Assembly: GCA_964508365.1 (NCBI GenBank)
Contig: CAZDTP010000011.1
Coordinates: 14,234 to 78,233 of the forward strand
DNA length: 64,000 nt
Direction: 5' to 3'
Source of the DNA: an uncultured archaeon
GTDB taxonomy: Archaea; Asgardarchaeota; Lokiarchaeia; Sigyniarchaeales; SOKP01
The notes beneath the pieces are model-generated. The model was not told the origin of the DNA, did no database searches, and saw only the letters and a list, made by a program, of their open reading frames with translations. Shown here piece after piece: positions 20,400 to 30,145 of the stretch (position 1 is its first letter; every line of letters starts with the position of its first letter). The position numbers and the translations under genes are program-made.

Positions 20400-22130
20400 A
20401 TGTCGAGATCTAGAAAAAAAAGACCAAAAACAATTCCAAAAAAGGAATTAAACCAAAAAGAACAACATCTTATTGAATTAGCTAATATAGCTTGGGATAA
20501 GACTCAAAAAGCTTTATATTTTCCGCCTTTAGACCTACCCACCTTTATCTTCGACTACACTCACTTGGAAGGATTTTATATAGATCCCCAAAATAAATGG
20601 AAAATATCAATGAATTTAGCAAATGTTCCTATTTTCATTGATGATCAGGAATATATAAACTACTTTCACGCCATCTCTCTTCATGAAGTTTCTCACTACC
20701 AAATTATTCCATATGACGGATTAATTAACGCAAGATTATTAAAGGCTGCTATGAAACATGTCAACGAAAATTTTGCTCCAATCGTCGTAAATGTGTTTGC
20801 TGATTTGATTATTGACGCTAAACTTCATAAAAAAGAACCAGATCTGATTGTATGGGAACTTAAAACAACTTTTAATCACTTATTTGAAAGAAACAAAAAC
20901 AAACTGAGCGAATTCTCAAAATTTCTTTTTCGAGCGTATGAAAAACTATTAAATATTAAAATTGTAAATAGTGATTTATTTACGAGTGTAGAGAGTGTTG
21001 CGGAAAAAGTAGTAAATATCATCAAGAAAAATTTTGAAGACGATACACTATGGGAAGAAAAGGTTTCTAAAGTTGCTTATCATCTTAGAACACTAGTGAA
21101 CAACACATTTACAATGGTAGGAGCAGGAGTCCGTAAGGGCGAGGGTAATACCAGACGAAAATCTCCAGGTAGAAGTAGTTCTACTGTTGAATTTCCAGAG
21201 GACATTTTAGAAATCATGGATAATCCACTCGAAAATAAAAATCTAGATAAATTGAAAGAAGACAACGAGGAAGATCTAAGGCAAAAAGCAGAGGAATTTG
21301 CTAAAGAAACACCTTATTCGAATTATGGGGCTCCTGCTGGTCAAGCAGGGATTCTAATTGATGGGAATCCTTTAACTGCATGGTATAGAGGGCTCGCTAA
21401 GAATCTTATTGAAATTAGAATTTTTGAAGAAAAACCAGGAGGCCAGCTTCCAGTTTTTCCAGAAGTTTGGCATTTAGGAGAACCTATTGAAGATTTAGAC
21501 ATTGTTCAAACAATCTTAAATAGCCCAATAATCATTCCAAATATCACAACCCGAAAATGGTTAAAGAATTATGGTAAGGGCCATTTAACTGAAAAACAGA
21601 TTCCAGATTTACTCCTTGTTCTCGACTCTTCTGGATCAATGAACTGGAATTATTTGGCAAAAAGTTCTAGGGGCGTTTATCACACCGCATTAGTGGCTTC
21701 TTTTGCTGCTCTCCATTTTGCTGCCAATAAAGGAGCCAAATTTAGCGTAATCAATTTTTCTAATCGTGCTGATGTTTGTGATTGGACTGTTGACTATAGA
21801 AAAGCAGAACGGACTCTATTAAGATATCAGGGTGGGGGAACACATTTACCGATTAAAGATATTGTAAAACAGACTGAGAAATCAGAAAGAGATACCTTAA
21901 TTTTTATTATAACTGATTTCGGAATATATAATTGGAATAGCGCAAAGAAATTATTTTCAAACTTATCTAACAAAGGACATAAAATTGTGGGCTTTTTTAT
22001 TGGGAGCGTAAAAATTCCTAAAGAAAAGTTTAAAGATCTTATCGAGAAAGTAACATTTTATCCAATTAAAAACCCTAAAGATTTAATTAATTTAGTTATA
22101 GAAGAAGTAAAGAAGTATTATTTAGCGTGA
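20400..22130 (+). CDS. HEXXH-domain plus von Willebrand factor A (VWA) protein
   Basis: LHEVSHY near the N-terminus; MIDAS LDSSGS, GGGT and IITD near the C-terminus; 17 bp downstream of the AAA gene. Confidence 0.82.
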   Translation: MSRSRKKRPKTIPKKELNQKEQHLIELANIAWDKTQKALYFPPLDLPTFIFDYTHLEGFYIDPQNKWKISMNLANVPIFIDDQEYINYFHAISLHEVSHYQIIPYDGLINARLLKAAMKHVNENFAPIVVNVFADLIIDAKLHKKEPDLIVWELKTTFNHLFERNKNKLSEFSKFLFRAYEKLLNIKIVNSDLFTSVESVAEKVVNIIKKNFEDDTLWEEKVSKVAYHLRTLVNNTFTMVGAGVRKGEGNTRRKSPGRSSSTVEFPEDILEIMDNPLENKNLDKLKEDNEEDLRQKAEEFAKETPYSNYGAPAGQAGILIDGNPLTAWYRGLAKNLIEIRIFEEKPGGQLPVFPEVWHLGEPIEDLDIVQTILNSPIIIPNITTRKWLKNYGKGHLTEKQIPDLLLVLDSSGSMNWNYLAKSSRGVYHTALVASFAALHFAANKGAKFSVINFSNRADVCDWTVDYRKAERTLLRYQGGGTHLPIKDIVKQTEKSERDTLIFIITDFGIYNWNSAKKLFSNLSNKGHKIVGFFIGSVKIPKEKFKDLIEKVTFYPIKNPKDLINLVIEEVKKYYLA

Positions 22131-22133
22131 CTT

Positions 22134-22406
22134 TCAATGCTGTTTATTCATTTCACGCAAGTATTGTTTCATGAAGTATCTTTGACTTTCGCAATACATT
22201 AATCGTTGTTTTTCCGTTAAGTGTGTGCATCGTTGTAGCACGGTTTGAATTTCTTGTAAAAGATTTAGATTGGATCTTTTATTTTTTTCAGGAAGTTGAT
22301 TTATTTTATCAACAATTTCATCCTTAAAATTTTCTTCATAAAATAAGTCTTTGAGATTGAGAATTGGTTCTTGATCTGTTAGTCTTGAGCTAATCATAAT
22401 TAACAT
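22134..22406 (-). CDS. Hypothetical protein (90 aa)
   Basis: ATG ORF convergent with the VWA gene; no motif. Confidence 0.45.
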   Translation of the reverse strand: MLIMISSRLTDQEPILNLKDLFYEENFKDEIVDKINQLPEKNKRSNLNLLQEIQTVLQRCTHLTEKQRLMYCESQRYFMKQYLREMNKQH

Positions 22407-22653
22407 TCCTTAGACATATTTTATATGAGATATTTTCTCCGCCTAGATATTCTGATAATAGCCTTGAAATATCCACATATATATAAAAATCAGAATTTAG
22501 ATTCTTTTAAGACTTTATAATATGGTCGTAATACGTTTAGGAATTTTATTAACCGACTAAATTATTTTTTTAACCAAATCAATGAGAAAATAAAAATAAT
22601 AAAAATAGGGAAAAATAATTTTTACAAAATCTATAAATGATATTTTATTCCAC

Positions 22654-23172
22654 TTAGAGAACCGCGAAAATTTCTGGAAGAAATAACCAGCCTTTTCTTT
22701 CGTGTATAATGTTTCCTTCTTCGTCTATAACGAATTGACCGGGATCTTGATTTTCCCAGCCTTCGTACTCACCGTGGACAAATCCTCGTTCAGTTGCTTC
22801 TTTAAATTTACTCCTAACTTTTGCGACAGCTCCCGCGTTCATCAAACCCAACCCATACTCTGCGTATAATTCTTTTTTTGAAGAAGGTATTACTGGAAAG
22901 TCAACACTATATCTTTCAATAAATTCTTCTGCAACCATTTCACTGGATTGAGTTATATAAAGCAGTTTTGCGCCTTTTTTTTTAATTTCTGGAACCGCTT
23001 CTAATAAAATATTAAAATCTAGTTGACATATAGGACAACCGAAATATCTTGAAAAAATCAAGACTATTTTCTGCTTCCCTATTAATTCACTTAAATCAAT
23101 CAACCCCGCATTGTAAGATTCTATTTTAAATTGAGGTGCTTTATCTCCCACTTTTATCTTATTCTTAACCAT
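22654..23172 (-). CDS. AhpC/TSA (peroxiredoxin-like) thioredoxin-fold protein
   Basis: GDKAPQF start; FSRYFGCPICQ (CxxC); PGQFVIDEEGNI. Confidence 0.82.
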   Translation of the reverse strand: MVKNKIKVGDKAPQFKIESYNAGLIDLSELIGKQKIVLIFSRYFGCPICQLDFNILLEAVPEIKKKGAKLLYITQSSEMVAEEFIERYSVDFPVIPSSKKELYAEYGLGLMNAGAVAKVRSKFKEATERGFVHGEYEGWENQDPGQFVIDEEGNIIHERKGWLFLPEIFAVL

Positions 23173-23355
23173 CTTTAATTTTCACTAATTTAAATTTTAA
23201 TTAGTTTAAATCAACTTTTATTTTATATATAATTTTGTATCATCTTAATAGATTGCTTCTCGGTATCTTAAGATGGTTATCTAAAATGAATTAGCATAAA
23301 GAAAAGTAAATTTAAAATTAGAGTTTTTTGCTGTCATTAATGGAGTAACTGTCAA

Positions 23356-23487
23356 TTACCAGTAAAAGCCAAGACTTCTTATCCAGATCAGAAAGAATAA
23401 CGCAGCGAAAAAGGTCGTAAGTCCTAATATGGAAGATCTATTTTCCTTTATTAGTTCCTTTTTTTTCTTAATTTCTGTTTTATTCAT
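23356..23487 (-). CDS. Small protein (43 aa) with a C-terminal TM helix, absent from the ORF track
   Basis: MNKTEIKKKKELIKENRSSILGLTTFFAALFFLIWIRSLGFYW*; AAGGA a few nt upstream of the ATG on the minus strand. Confidence 0.55.
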   Translation of the reverse strand: MNKTEIKKKKELIKENRSSILGLTTFFAALFFLIWIRSLGFYW

Positions 23488-23968
23488 GATCGATCCTTGA
23501 AAAACAGATTATTTATCTCTACAGATAAGAAAAAATAAAAATATGTTAGATCCGTCCTTTTCTTTTTATTCGGGTTTCTATTTATTTTTATAAAACAAAT
23601 GGTCACTGAATGCGAAGCTTTACTAAGGATTTGAATAATTTTTTGCTTAAATTAACACAAATCCCGTTTATAATGAGTGTTTTCTTATTAAAAATCAAAT
23701 TTTGCATATATCATCATGATTTAATAAAAAATTTCAAATATTTCTGAAGTCTAAGAATTCTCAACATTTAGTAATATTTTATTTGGAAGGTTGTTTTACT
23801 TGTTTCTTAAATAATTGAAGATAATTAATCCATTGAGAATTCATAAAAGGTTAATTTAATAGTGATATGTTTACTAGAAATTTATTGTAAGCATTTAAAA
23901 TGAAATCAAAAAATTAAATACAAATAGAATTAAAAATTAAATTGCTTATTAATATAAGAGGAGATTTT

Positions 23969-24763
23969 ATGGTAAAAAAGGAATATATATGTCAAAAGGG
24001 TAAAAAATCTTCAATTATCATTGAAGATCTGAAAACTGAGATTAAAGAAGGAGCATCTATGATTTTGGGATTTGCTGGGATTGGATTAATAGGACCAATC
24101 GTAGCAAATACTTTAATCGAGCAAATTTCAGACATTAAAGAGATAGGATTTATCATCAGTGAATATTTGCCTCCAATTTCCGTCTTTTACGATGGAGTAT
24201 TAAAACATCCATTTCGATTATATTATTCTCCTATGCACAATCTCATTGTTGGGATATCAGAGGTTCCTTTTCAAGTAGCTACAGCATATAACGATTTAGC
24301 AAGGACCATTAATAATTGGTTATTATCTGAAGACGTTAAAGCTAAAGAAGTTGTAATTTTTCAAGGGATTCCTAACCGGGGTATTATTGACGATTATCCT
24401 GTATATTATGCGGCGGAAGCTAATATGATCGAAAGTTTGGAAAAATACGAATTAAAGAAGGTAGAGAAAGGGATTATTGTAGGAGCTGAAGCGACAGTGT
24501 TAAACGAAGCTTTAGCAACCAAGTTAAACGCATACGCACTATTCACTCCTGTTTTAGAAATTCCAACACCTGAAGCTGCTGCGGCAATTATAGAAGTCTT
24601 GAATAAAATCTATAATTTAAATATTGAAACGACTAAATTAATTGAAGAAGGTAAAGAGATTAAGGCTAAAATGCTTGAACTAGCCGAAAAAGCTCAACAA
24701 TATCAAAACCAACAACAATTACCTGATCGTCCTAAGGAAAGCTACACACAATATTTTCAATAA
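23969..24763 (+). CDS. PAC2-family proteasome assembly chaperone
   Basis: GFAGIGLIGPIVANTLI, HPFRLY and PTPEAAAAIIEVL patterns. ATG23969 follows SD GAGGAG and is preferred over the track's TTG23942. Confidence 0.82.
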   Translation: MVKKEYICQKGKKSSIIIEDLKTEIKEGASMILGFAGIGLIGPIVANTLIEQISDIKEIGFIISEYLPPISVFYDGVLKHPFRLYYSPMHNLIVGISEVPFQVATAYNDLARTINNWLLSEDVKAKEVVIFQGIPNRGIIDDYPVYYAAEANMIESLEKYELKKVEKGIIVGAEATVLNEALATKLNAYALFTPVLEIPTPEAAAAIIEVLNKIYNLNIETTKLIEEGKEIKAKMLELAEKAQQYQNQQQLPDRPKESYTQYFQ

Positions 24764-24887
24764 TAATTTTATTTCTATTTTTTTATCAGTTTAAACTGGA
24801 GAGATATTTTTTTTTATAAAAACTAATTTTATTATTATTCGGCAATTTTTCTTAATTAATGTTATTAGTAGGAAGAGGTCAATTTTT

Positions 24888-25337
24888 ATTAAAGAAAAGT
24901 TCATTCCAATTCAAATAAACCAAGAGCTCTGTATGCGCTGCGAGAGGTGTGTAAAAGCGTGTAGAAACGATGCAATTTACTTTGATCATTCAGTTAGGCT
25001 TGTTGACTATACTAAATGTAAAGGATGTTTATCATGTGTTCAAGTTTGTCCTCGAAATGCAATTCAAGTCACTTCAGTGATACCCCACCAGGTTCTTACT
25101 GTAAAAATAGATCATACGAAATGTTCCATGTGCGAACAATGTCTTGAGGAAAACGGTAAATTTTGTCCACAAAATTTATTTTATATAGGTAAAGTGAAAA
25201 AGGATGGACAAGAAGTGGATGGGATTCTCTATAATTTTAATGAAGTTGATAAGTGTCAAGGGTGCTTGAAGTGTGAGTCTTCCTGCCCTGAGGGTGCAAT
25301 TAAGCCTGTTGTATATAATACGGAATCTTTTTTATGA
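24888..25337 (+). CDS. Polyferredoxin, four 4Fe-4S motifs; probable ATT start
   Basis: CMRCERCVKAC, CKGCLSCVQVCP, CSMCEQC-x7-CP and CQGCLKCESSCP. The first Cys (24930-24932) lies upstream of the track's ATG24933, so the start must be earlier. SD AGAGGT at 24874-24879 precedes ATT24888. Confidence 0.85.
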   Translation: MKEKFIPIQINQELCMRCERCVKACRNDAIYFDHSVRLVDYTKCKGCLSCVQVCPRNAIQVTSVIPHQVLTVKIDHTKCSMCEQCLEENGKFCPQNLFYIGKVKKDGQEVDGILYNFNEVDKCQGCLKCESSCPEGAIKPVVYNTESFL

Positions 25338-25346
25338 ACAAGTAAC

Positions 25347-25907
25347 TTAATCTGATTTTTCTTTAACTTTTTGAATGATATGGTTTTTAATTTCAGAAAA
25401 ATCAGAAATTACTACAATACCTTCCATTTGTTTCAATTTCTTAATATTTTCAAGTTCAATATCTCTTATTTTCAATACTAATGGCGAACCATCAGGTCGA
25501 GAAGTTACTATAGGTTCAGTGTCTTGGTCCGAAGGAAATAGGTATACTATTTGTCCCCCTTTAATTGCTTGAGCAACACCGTTAGTAACAAGCGTATCTG
25601 CAATACCATGTACGATTTTAGCCACCGTATTTGCAGAAACGGGGCAACATAAGAAGAAATCGAATTTACCAAGCTGTAAAGGTCCTGCGTAAAAAGGAAT
25701 GTTTGGTGTTATTTCTACTTTAACTTTTTCAACTGCTTTAGTCAGAGCTAACCATAGTTTATACCACTTGACAACCGCCGCACCTTCCTTTGATAGAATT
25801 ACAGTAATATCAATATCATGATTATTTTGCAAATCAACCAGTAAATCAATTAACTCTTGAAGTAAATAACCCGTGCCAGTTATACCAACCATTAGTTTAA
25901 ATGTCAT
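25347..25907 (-). CDS. Archaeal flavoprotein (AfpA / dihydromethanopterin reductase-like, HFCD family)
   Basis: VGITGTG and CPVSANTVAKIVHGIADTLVTNGVAQAIKG. Confidence 0.8.
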   Translation of the reverse strand: MTFKLMVGITGTGYLLQELIDLLVDLQNNHDIDITVILSKEGAAVVKWYKLWLALTKAVEKVKVEITPNIPFYAGPLQLGKFDFFLCCPVSANTVAKIVHGIADTLVTNGVAQAIKGGQIVYLFPSDQDTEPIVTSRPDGSPLVLKIRDIELENIKKLKQMEGIVVISDFSEIKNHIIQKVKEKSD

Positions 25908-26264
25908 GCGTATAAATTATAAATAATTGTTTTTTAATATAAATTCAAATCATTAAATTAAAAACTTTAAGGTTTTACTTTATTATAAGATTTAATTACC
26001 ATCCTAGGATATTCATAAACTTTAGCAAGCTGAATTTGTTAAATAGTGTTAAAATTGATTAATTTAAATAGATAATAAATAATATAAAAAAACTTGAATG
26101 TATGATGCCAAATGCTAATGAAGAAGACCCAAACGATTAAAATTGCAATGATGAAGAATACAGAGTTGTTTAAAAAAAAAGAAACGGAGACTCGATAGCC
26201 CCCAGAAGGGTAAAAAACGCGCTAAAGATGACGATTCATCTAAAATATAACGATATCTTTAGAA

Positions 26265-27857
26265 TTATTCCTCCAATTTTTTAATCCTTTCCTCAAGTTG
26301 AGTGATTTTTCGGTTCAAATTGTCTAAATTTTCATTTAGTAGAATGCGAAATCTTTCATAAATGTCAGTAATACCTTGTTTTCGTCCTTTTTCTGACATT
26401 AAATCGATCTCTCGCTTGAAATTAAGTATATATTTATAAAGATCGGTGCAGAAATCATCAAATCTATTTTTATCAAATTCAATACCTAATTCTCGGGATA
26501 ATTTTAATTCTGCTAAATCTCCCCAATCTATGTCTTCACCTTTTAAAGGAATTACTGGTATTGAAAATTTATCTGCAAGTTGTAATTCATTTTGACAATC
26601 AATTGAATCAAATACAGATTTTTTCGTCGCAATAAACAATAAAAGCTGTGACTTTTGAACCGTATCCAACATCCATTCGTCAATATTTCCAGCAAGATCC
26701 TCTTCACAAAAATATGCCTCAGAAATCTCCTTCTGTTTATTTAAAAATTCTACGAGTTTTTCAATTCGATATTCCTCAAAATCAATAACCGCATGAGATA
26801 TGAAAACCTTAATAGTAGCTTTTTTTCTCAAATAATCTCTAATAATATCCGGAATTTTCATAATGATGTTTTTCTCCTCATCATTTAGGGGATTATCGGA
26901 TAGGTTTAATTCTGTTAATTCAACGAAGTTCCATATTTGCGTGGGAATCTGGTTAAAATTATTTTTACTTAAATTCAATTTCGAAATCAATACAAGATTT
27001 CCAAATGACTCCGGCAATTGAGAAAGATTATTACTTGACAAATCAAGAAATTCAAGATTTGTTAATTCTCCAAAAGACTCTGGTAACACTTCGAGAGGTG
27101 TGTGTGTAATGATTAAGGATTTCAAATCTTTAAACACTCCAAAGTTTTCTGGTAGCGTTTTAAATGAATATTCATATAATTTCCATTTAACTAATTTATT
27201 GTTTTCAAATTCTACATTAATTGGATTTACATATTGCTTCATCCTCTCCTTTTCAATATTATCTTTTTCAAGTACTCTTATTATTTCTATTTGTTCGCTA
27301 GGTAAATTGTACTTAAGTTGAAAACGAAATAACCTAGGCGCTGAAATTTTTGCCCCTCTATCCTGTAAATCTCTTAAAATCTTAAGATTTACTTGGTTCC
27401 AGTCAAGATAAGAATTACGATCCAAGTTTAACTCATTTAATCCACTTAAATCCAACAACCAATCGGGTAATCTAATGATATTATTCGATGCCAAGTTTAA
27501 TGACTTAAGAGATGTAAAATTTCTTAAACCATCAGGTATGATCTGTAAATTATTATCTCGTAAACTAAGTAGCTCTAATTTTGTAAGTTGTATTAGCCAA
27601 TTAGGAAGATCATCCTTCTTGGAGAACTTTATATAAAGGCTTTTAAGATTTTGTAGTTTTTTTATCAATTCACCAACGAAAGTTAGCTTACTTTCATCTA
27701 AATCAAGTTTGGATAGATCTAAACCAAGCTCAGTTATATTTTCATTATCAAATTTATAGGAAAAGCCAACAGAAGTATCATTTATGGCACTCACCTGATT
27801 TAATTCATTACCAATTGCTTTTGAGAGATCTTTAATTATATTTTTATCATCATTCAA
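26265..27857 (-). CDS. Leucine-rich-repeat protein with a C-terminal TIR domain and coiled-coil tail
   Basis: Two LRR blocks (LxxLxLxxNxL, e.g. LTNLEFLDLSSNNLSQLPESFG). TIR-type KVFISHA...LLFIATKKSVFDSIDCQNELQLA...PVIPL. Tail LDNLNRKITQLEERIKKLEE. Confidence 0.85.
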   Translation of the reverse strand: MNDDKNIIKDLSKAIGNELNQVSAINDTSVGFSYKFDNENITELGLDLSKLDLDESKLTFVGELIKKLQNLKSLYIKFSKKDDLPNWLIQLTKLELLSLRDNNLQIIPDGLRNFTSLKSLNLASNNIIRLPDWLLDLSGLNELNLDRNSYLDWNQVNLKILRDLQDRGAKISAPRLFRFQLKYNLPSEQIEIIRVLEKDNIEKERMKQYVNPINVEFENNKLVKWKLYEYSFKTLPENFGVFKDLKSLIITHTPLEVLPESFGELTNLEFLDLSSNNLSQLPESFGNLVLISKLNLSKNNFNQIPTQIWNFVELTELNLSDNPLNDEEKNIIMKIPDIIRDYLRKKATIKVFISHAVIDFEEYRIEKLVEFLNKQKEISEAYFCEEDLAGNIDEWMLDTVQKSQLLLFIATKKSVFDSIDCQNELQLADKFSIPVIPLKGEDIDWGDLAELKLSRELGIEFDKNRFDDFCTDLYKYILNFKREIDLMSEKGRKQGITDIYERFRILLNENLDNLNRKITQLEERIKKLEE

Positions 27858-28148
27858 TTTTTTAACACTTCAATTTCTTTTTATTTAAAGATGGATAGAA
27901 TAATTTCTCTTTAATAATATTTAAATTTCTCTTTTTAGAGACTTTTATTAATACTTTAAGCTGTAAATTGATATTTCAAGGATTAAAAATTAATTTGCCG
28001 GGTTATCAATTTGAAAATGTGTTTTTTTATTGTAAAATAGATTAAGTTAACGAATAAAGATTTCAAAAATTCCAATTGTAAGAGTTAATAATTTAAGCAT
28101 GATAATTATTAAAATAGAATAATCGAAAATTATTGTACGTAACTAATT

Positions 28149-29339
28149 ATGGAAGCATCGAAGTATGTTTATCTTGACAACGCAGCAACTACTCCAATGG
28201 ATCCTCGTGTGATTGAAGAAATCGATAAACATTTTAAAGAGTCGTATGGAAATTCATCAAGTTTGCATTCTATTGGTCAAAAAGCCGCACAAACTTTAGT
28301 TAAATCCCGGGAAATAGTAGCATCTTTAATAAACGCTAAGAGAGACGAGATTATATTTACATCCTCAGGTACGGAAGCAGATAATATCGCAATTTTAGGT
28401 GTAGCGCTTAAAAATCAAAATCGTGGCAAGAATATAATCACATCAGCGATAGAACATCACGGAGTTGAAAATCCGTGTAAAAATTTAAAGAAGAAGGGAT
28501 TTAGTATAACATTTTTACCTGTCGATAAATACGGTCTAATCGATCTAAGAGAACTGGAAGATATGATTACCGACGAAACGACTCTTATCAGTATTATGTT
28601 CGCAAACAATGAAATAGGAACAATAGAACCTATTAAAGAAATTGGAGCTATAGCAAAGAAACACGATGTATTGTTCCATACTGACGCAGTTCAAGCGTTT
28701 GGGAAAATCCCAATTGATGTTAAGGCAATGAATATCGATTTGCTATCAGCGTCTGCTCATAAATTATATGGTCCTAAGGGTGTAGGAATGTTGTACCTAC
28801 GAAATAAAGGAGTTAGAGAGAGCTGGGGAAAATTTATTGAGCCTATAATGTATGGTGGTGGACATGAGAGTGATATGAGACCCAGTACTGTGAATGTTCC
28901 GGGTATAGCTGGATTTGCTAAAGCAGTAGAACTTGCTAAAAACGAAATGCCAAAAGAAATTGAAATACAAACCAATTTTAGGGATAAAATTATAAGAAAT
29001 GTATTAAAAAATATTGGAGATTCATATTTAAACGGACATCCTACTAAGAGATTGCCCAATAATGTTAATTTGGGTATAAGGTTTATAGAAGGAGAATCCA
29101 TCGTATTAGATTTGGATTCGGAGGGCATAGCAACATCAACAGGATCTGCCTGCTCCTCAAAATCATTAGATCCATCACATGTACTATTAGCTATAGGTTT
29201 GAAACCTCATGAAGCTCATGGTTCTTTAAGGGTGACAGTTGGAAGGTTCACTACGGAAGATGATGTAAATTACTTCTTAGAAAAATTACCTCCCATAATT
29301 AACAGATTAAGAAAAATATCCCCCTTAACAAAATTATGA
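28149..29339 (+). CDS. iscS: Cysteine desulfurase (IscS/NifS group I)
   Basis: YLDNAATT, HTDAVQ, SAHKLYGPKGVG (PLP Lys) and STGSACSS (catalytic Cys). Confidence 0.95.
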   Translation: MEASKYVYLDNAATTPMDPRVIEEIDKHFKESYGNSSSLHSIGQKAAQTLVKSREIVASLINAKRDEIIFTSSGTEADNIAILGVALKNQNRGKNIITSAIEHHGVENPCKNLKKKGFSITFLPVDKYGLIDLRELEDMITDETTLISIMFANNEIGTIEPIKEIGAIAKKHDVLFHTDAVQAFGKIPIDVKAMNIDLLSASAHKLYGPKGVGMLYLRNKGVRESWGKFIEPIMYGGGHESDMRPSTVNVPGIAGFAKAVELAKNEMPKEIEIQTNFRDKIIRNVLKNIGDSYLNGHPTKRLPNNVNLGIRFIEGESIVLDLDSEGIATSTGSACSSKSLDPSHVLLAIGLKPHEAHGSLRVTVGRFTTEDDVNYFLEKLPPIINRLRKISPLTKL

Positions 29340-29347
29340 ATAAGTTA

Positions 29348-29577
29348 GCAATTCTAAATGAAGCTTTATCCAATAGATTGAAAGCTTTTGCATTATTCAC
29401 GCCTGTTTTAGAAATTCCTACTCCCGAAGCTGGTGCAGCTATCATCGAAGTGCTAAATAAAGTGTATAATTTAAACATTGACACCTCAAGAAGAGGGAAA
29501 AGTAATTAAGAAAAAAATGTTAGAATTAGCAGAGAAAGCTCAGCAATATCAACAAGCACAACAATAACTACCCGACA
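29348..29577 (+). pseudogene. Decayed 3' fragment of a PAC2-family paralogue
   Basis: AILNEALSNRLKAFALFTPVLEIPTPEAGAAIIEVLNKVYNLNIDTS, then a frameshift, then EEGKVIKKKMLELAEKAQQYQQAQQ*LPD. This aligns to the C-terminal third of 23969..24763. It has no start codon, a short deletion and a premature TAA. Confidence 0.88.
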
Positions 29578-29710
29578 CACATTGCAATATTGGAGGTTGC
29601 CAGAAGAAACAAATCACTCAGAAATCATTTAACTTTAAATAAAATTAAGTAATACTAAATATTGTAAGAAACCATTTCTTAGAAAAAAATTTAAGAAGTG
29701 AGAAATCACA

Positions 29711-30145
29711 ATGAAATTCGGAAGAGAGCAAGTCAAATATGTATGTATCATTTTGTCTGGAGCGAATATTGCTTCAATTATATTAGGGATTTTACACTAT
29801 ATTATTGGTTTAAACATTGTTATTGGAACGATCTTTAGTATTCTCATAGTTCTTGCCTGGTTCTTGAACGTTGCCTTAATTGTATTTGATGATTATAAAG
29901 TAGTTAAAAATAGTTCCATTGGAAAACGAATCAATCGATTTGGTTATGGATTTGTTGGCGTTCAGATTATCGCTATTTTCTGTTTAATAGGGGGATTATT
30001 TACTTTAAATGCTAATTGGTTCTCTCCTGTACTTCAATATTCATTGATATGGATTGGATTTTTTAGTTTTTTCGTCTATGCATCTCTATTTTCATATCTA
30101 AATATTAAAGCTCTTAATAATCGGGAGGTGTGGAAATTTGAATAA
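29711..30145 (+). CDS. Small multi-pass membrane protein
   Basis: Four hydrophobic segments; overlaps the next gene by 8 bp. Confidence 0.7.
   Translation: MKFGREQVKYVCIILSGANIASIILGILHYIIGLNIVIGTIFSILIVLAWFLNVALIVFDDYKVVKNSSIGKRINRFGYGFVGVQIIAIFCLIGGLFTLNANWFSPVLQYSLIWIGFFSFFVYASLFSYLNIKALNNREVWKFE

Noticed and set aside
26040-26236. Hydrophobic reading on the minus strand downstream of the LRR-TIR gene (IVIFSAFFTLLGAIESPFLFF / NNSVFFIIAILIVWVFFISIW)
   Set aside because: It has no start codon and is broken by a stop at a 9-nt homopolymer, and T-rich DNA gives such translations easily. A decayed small membrane gene cannot be excluded.
29299-29484. 61-aa minus-strand ORF
   Set aside because: It is the antisense shadow of the iscS end and the PAC2 pseudogene fragment.
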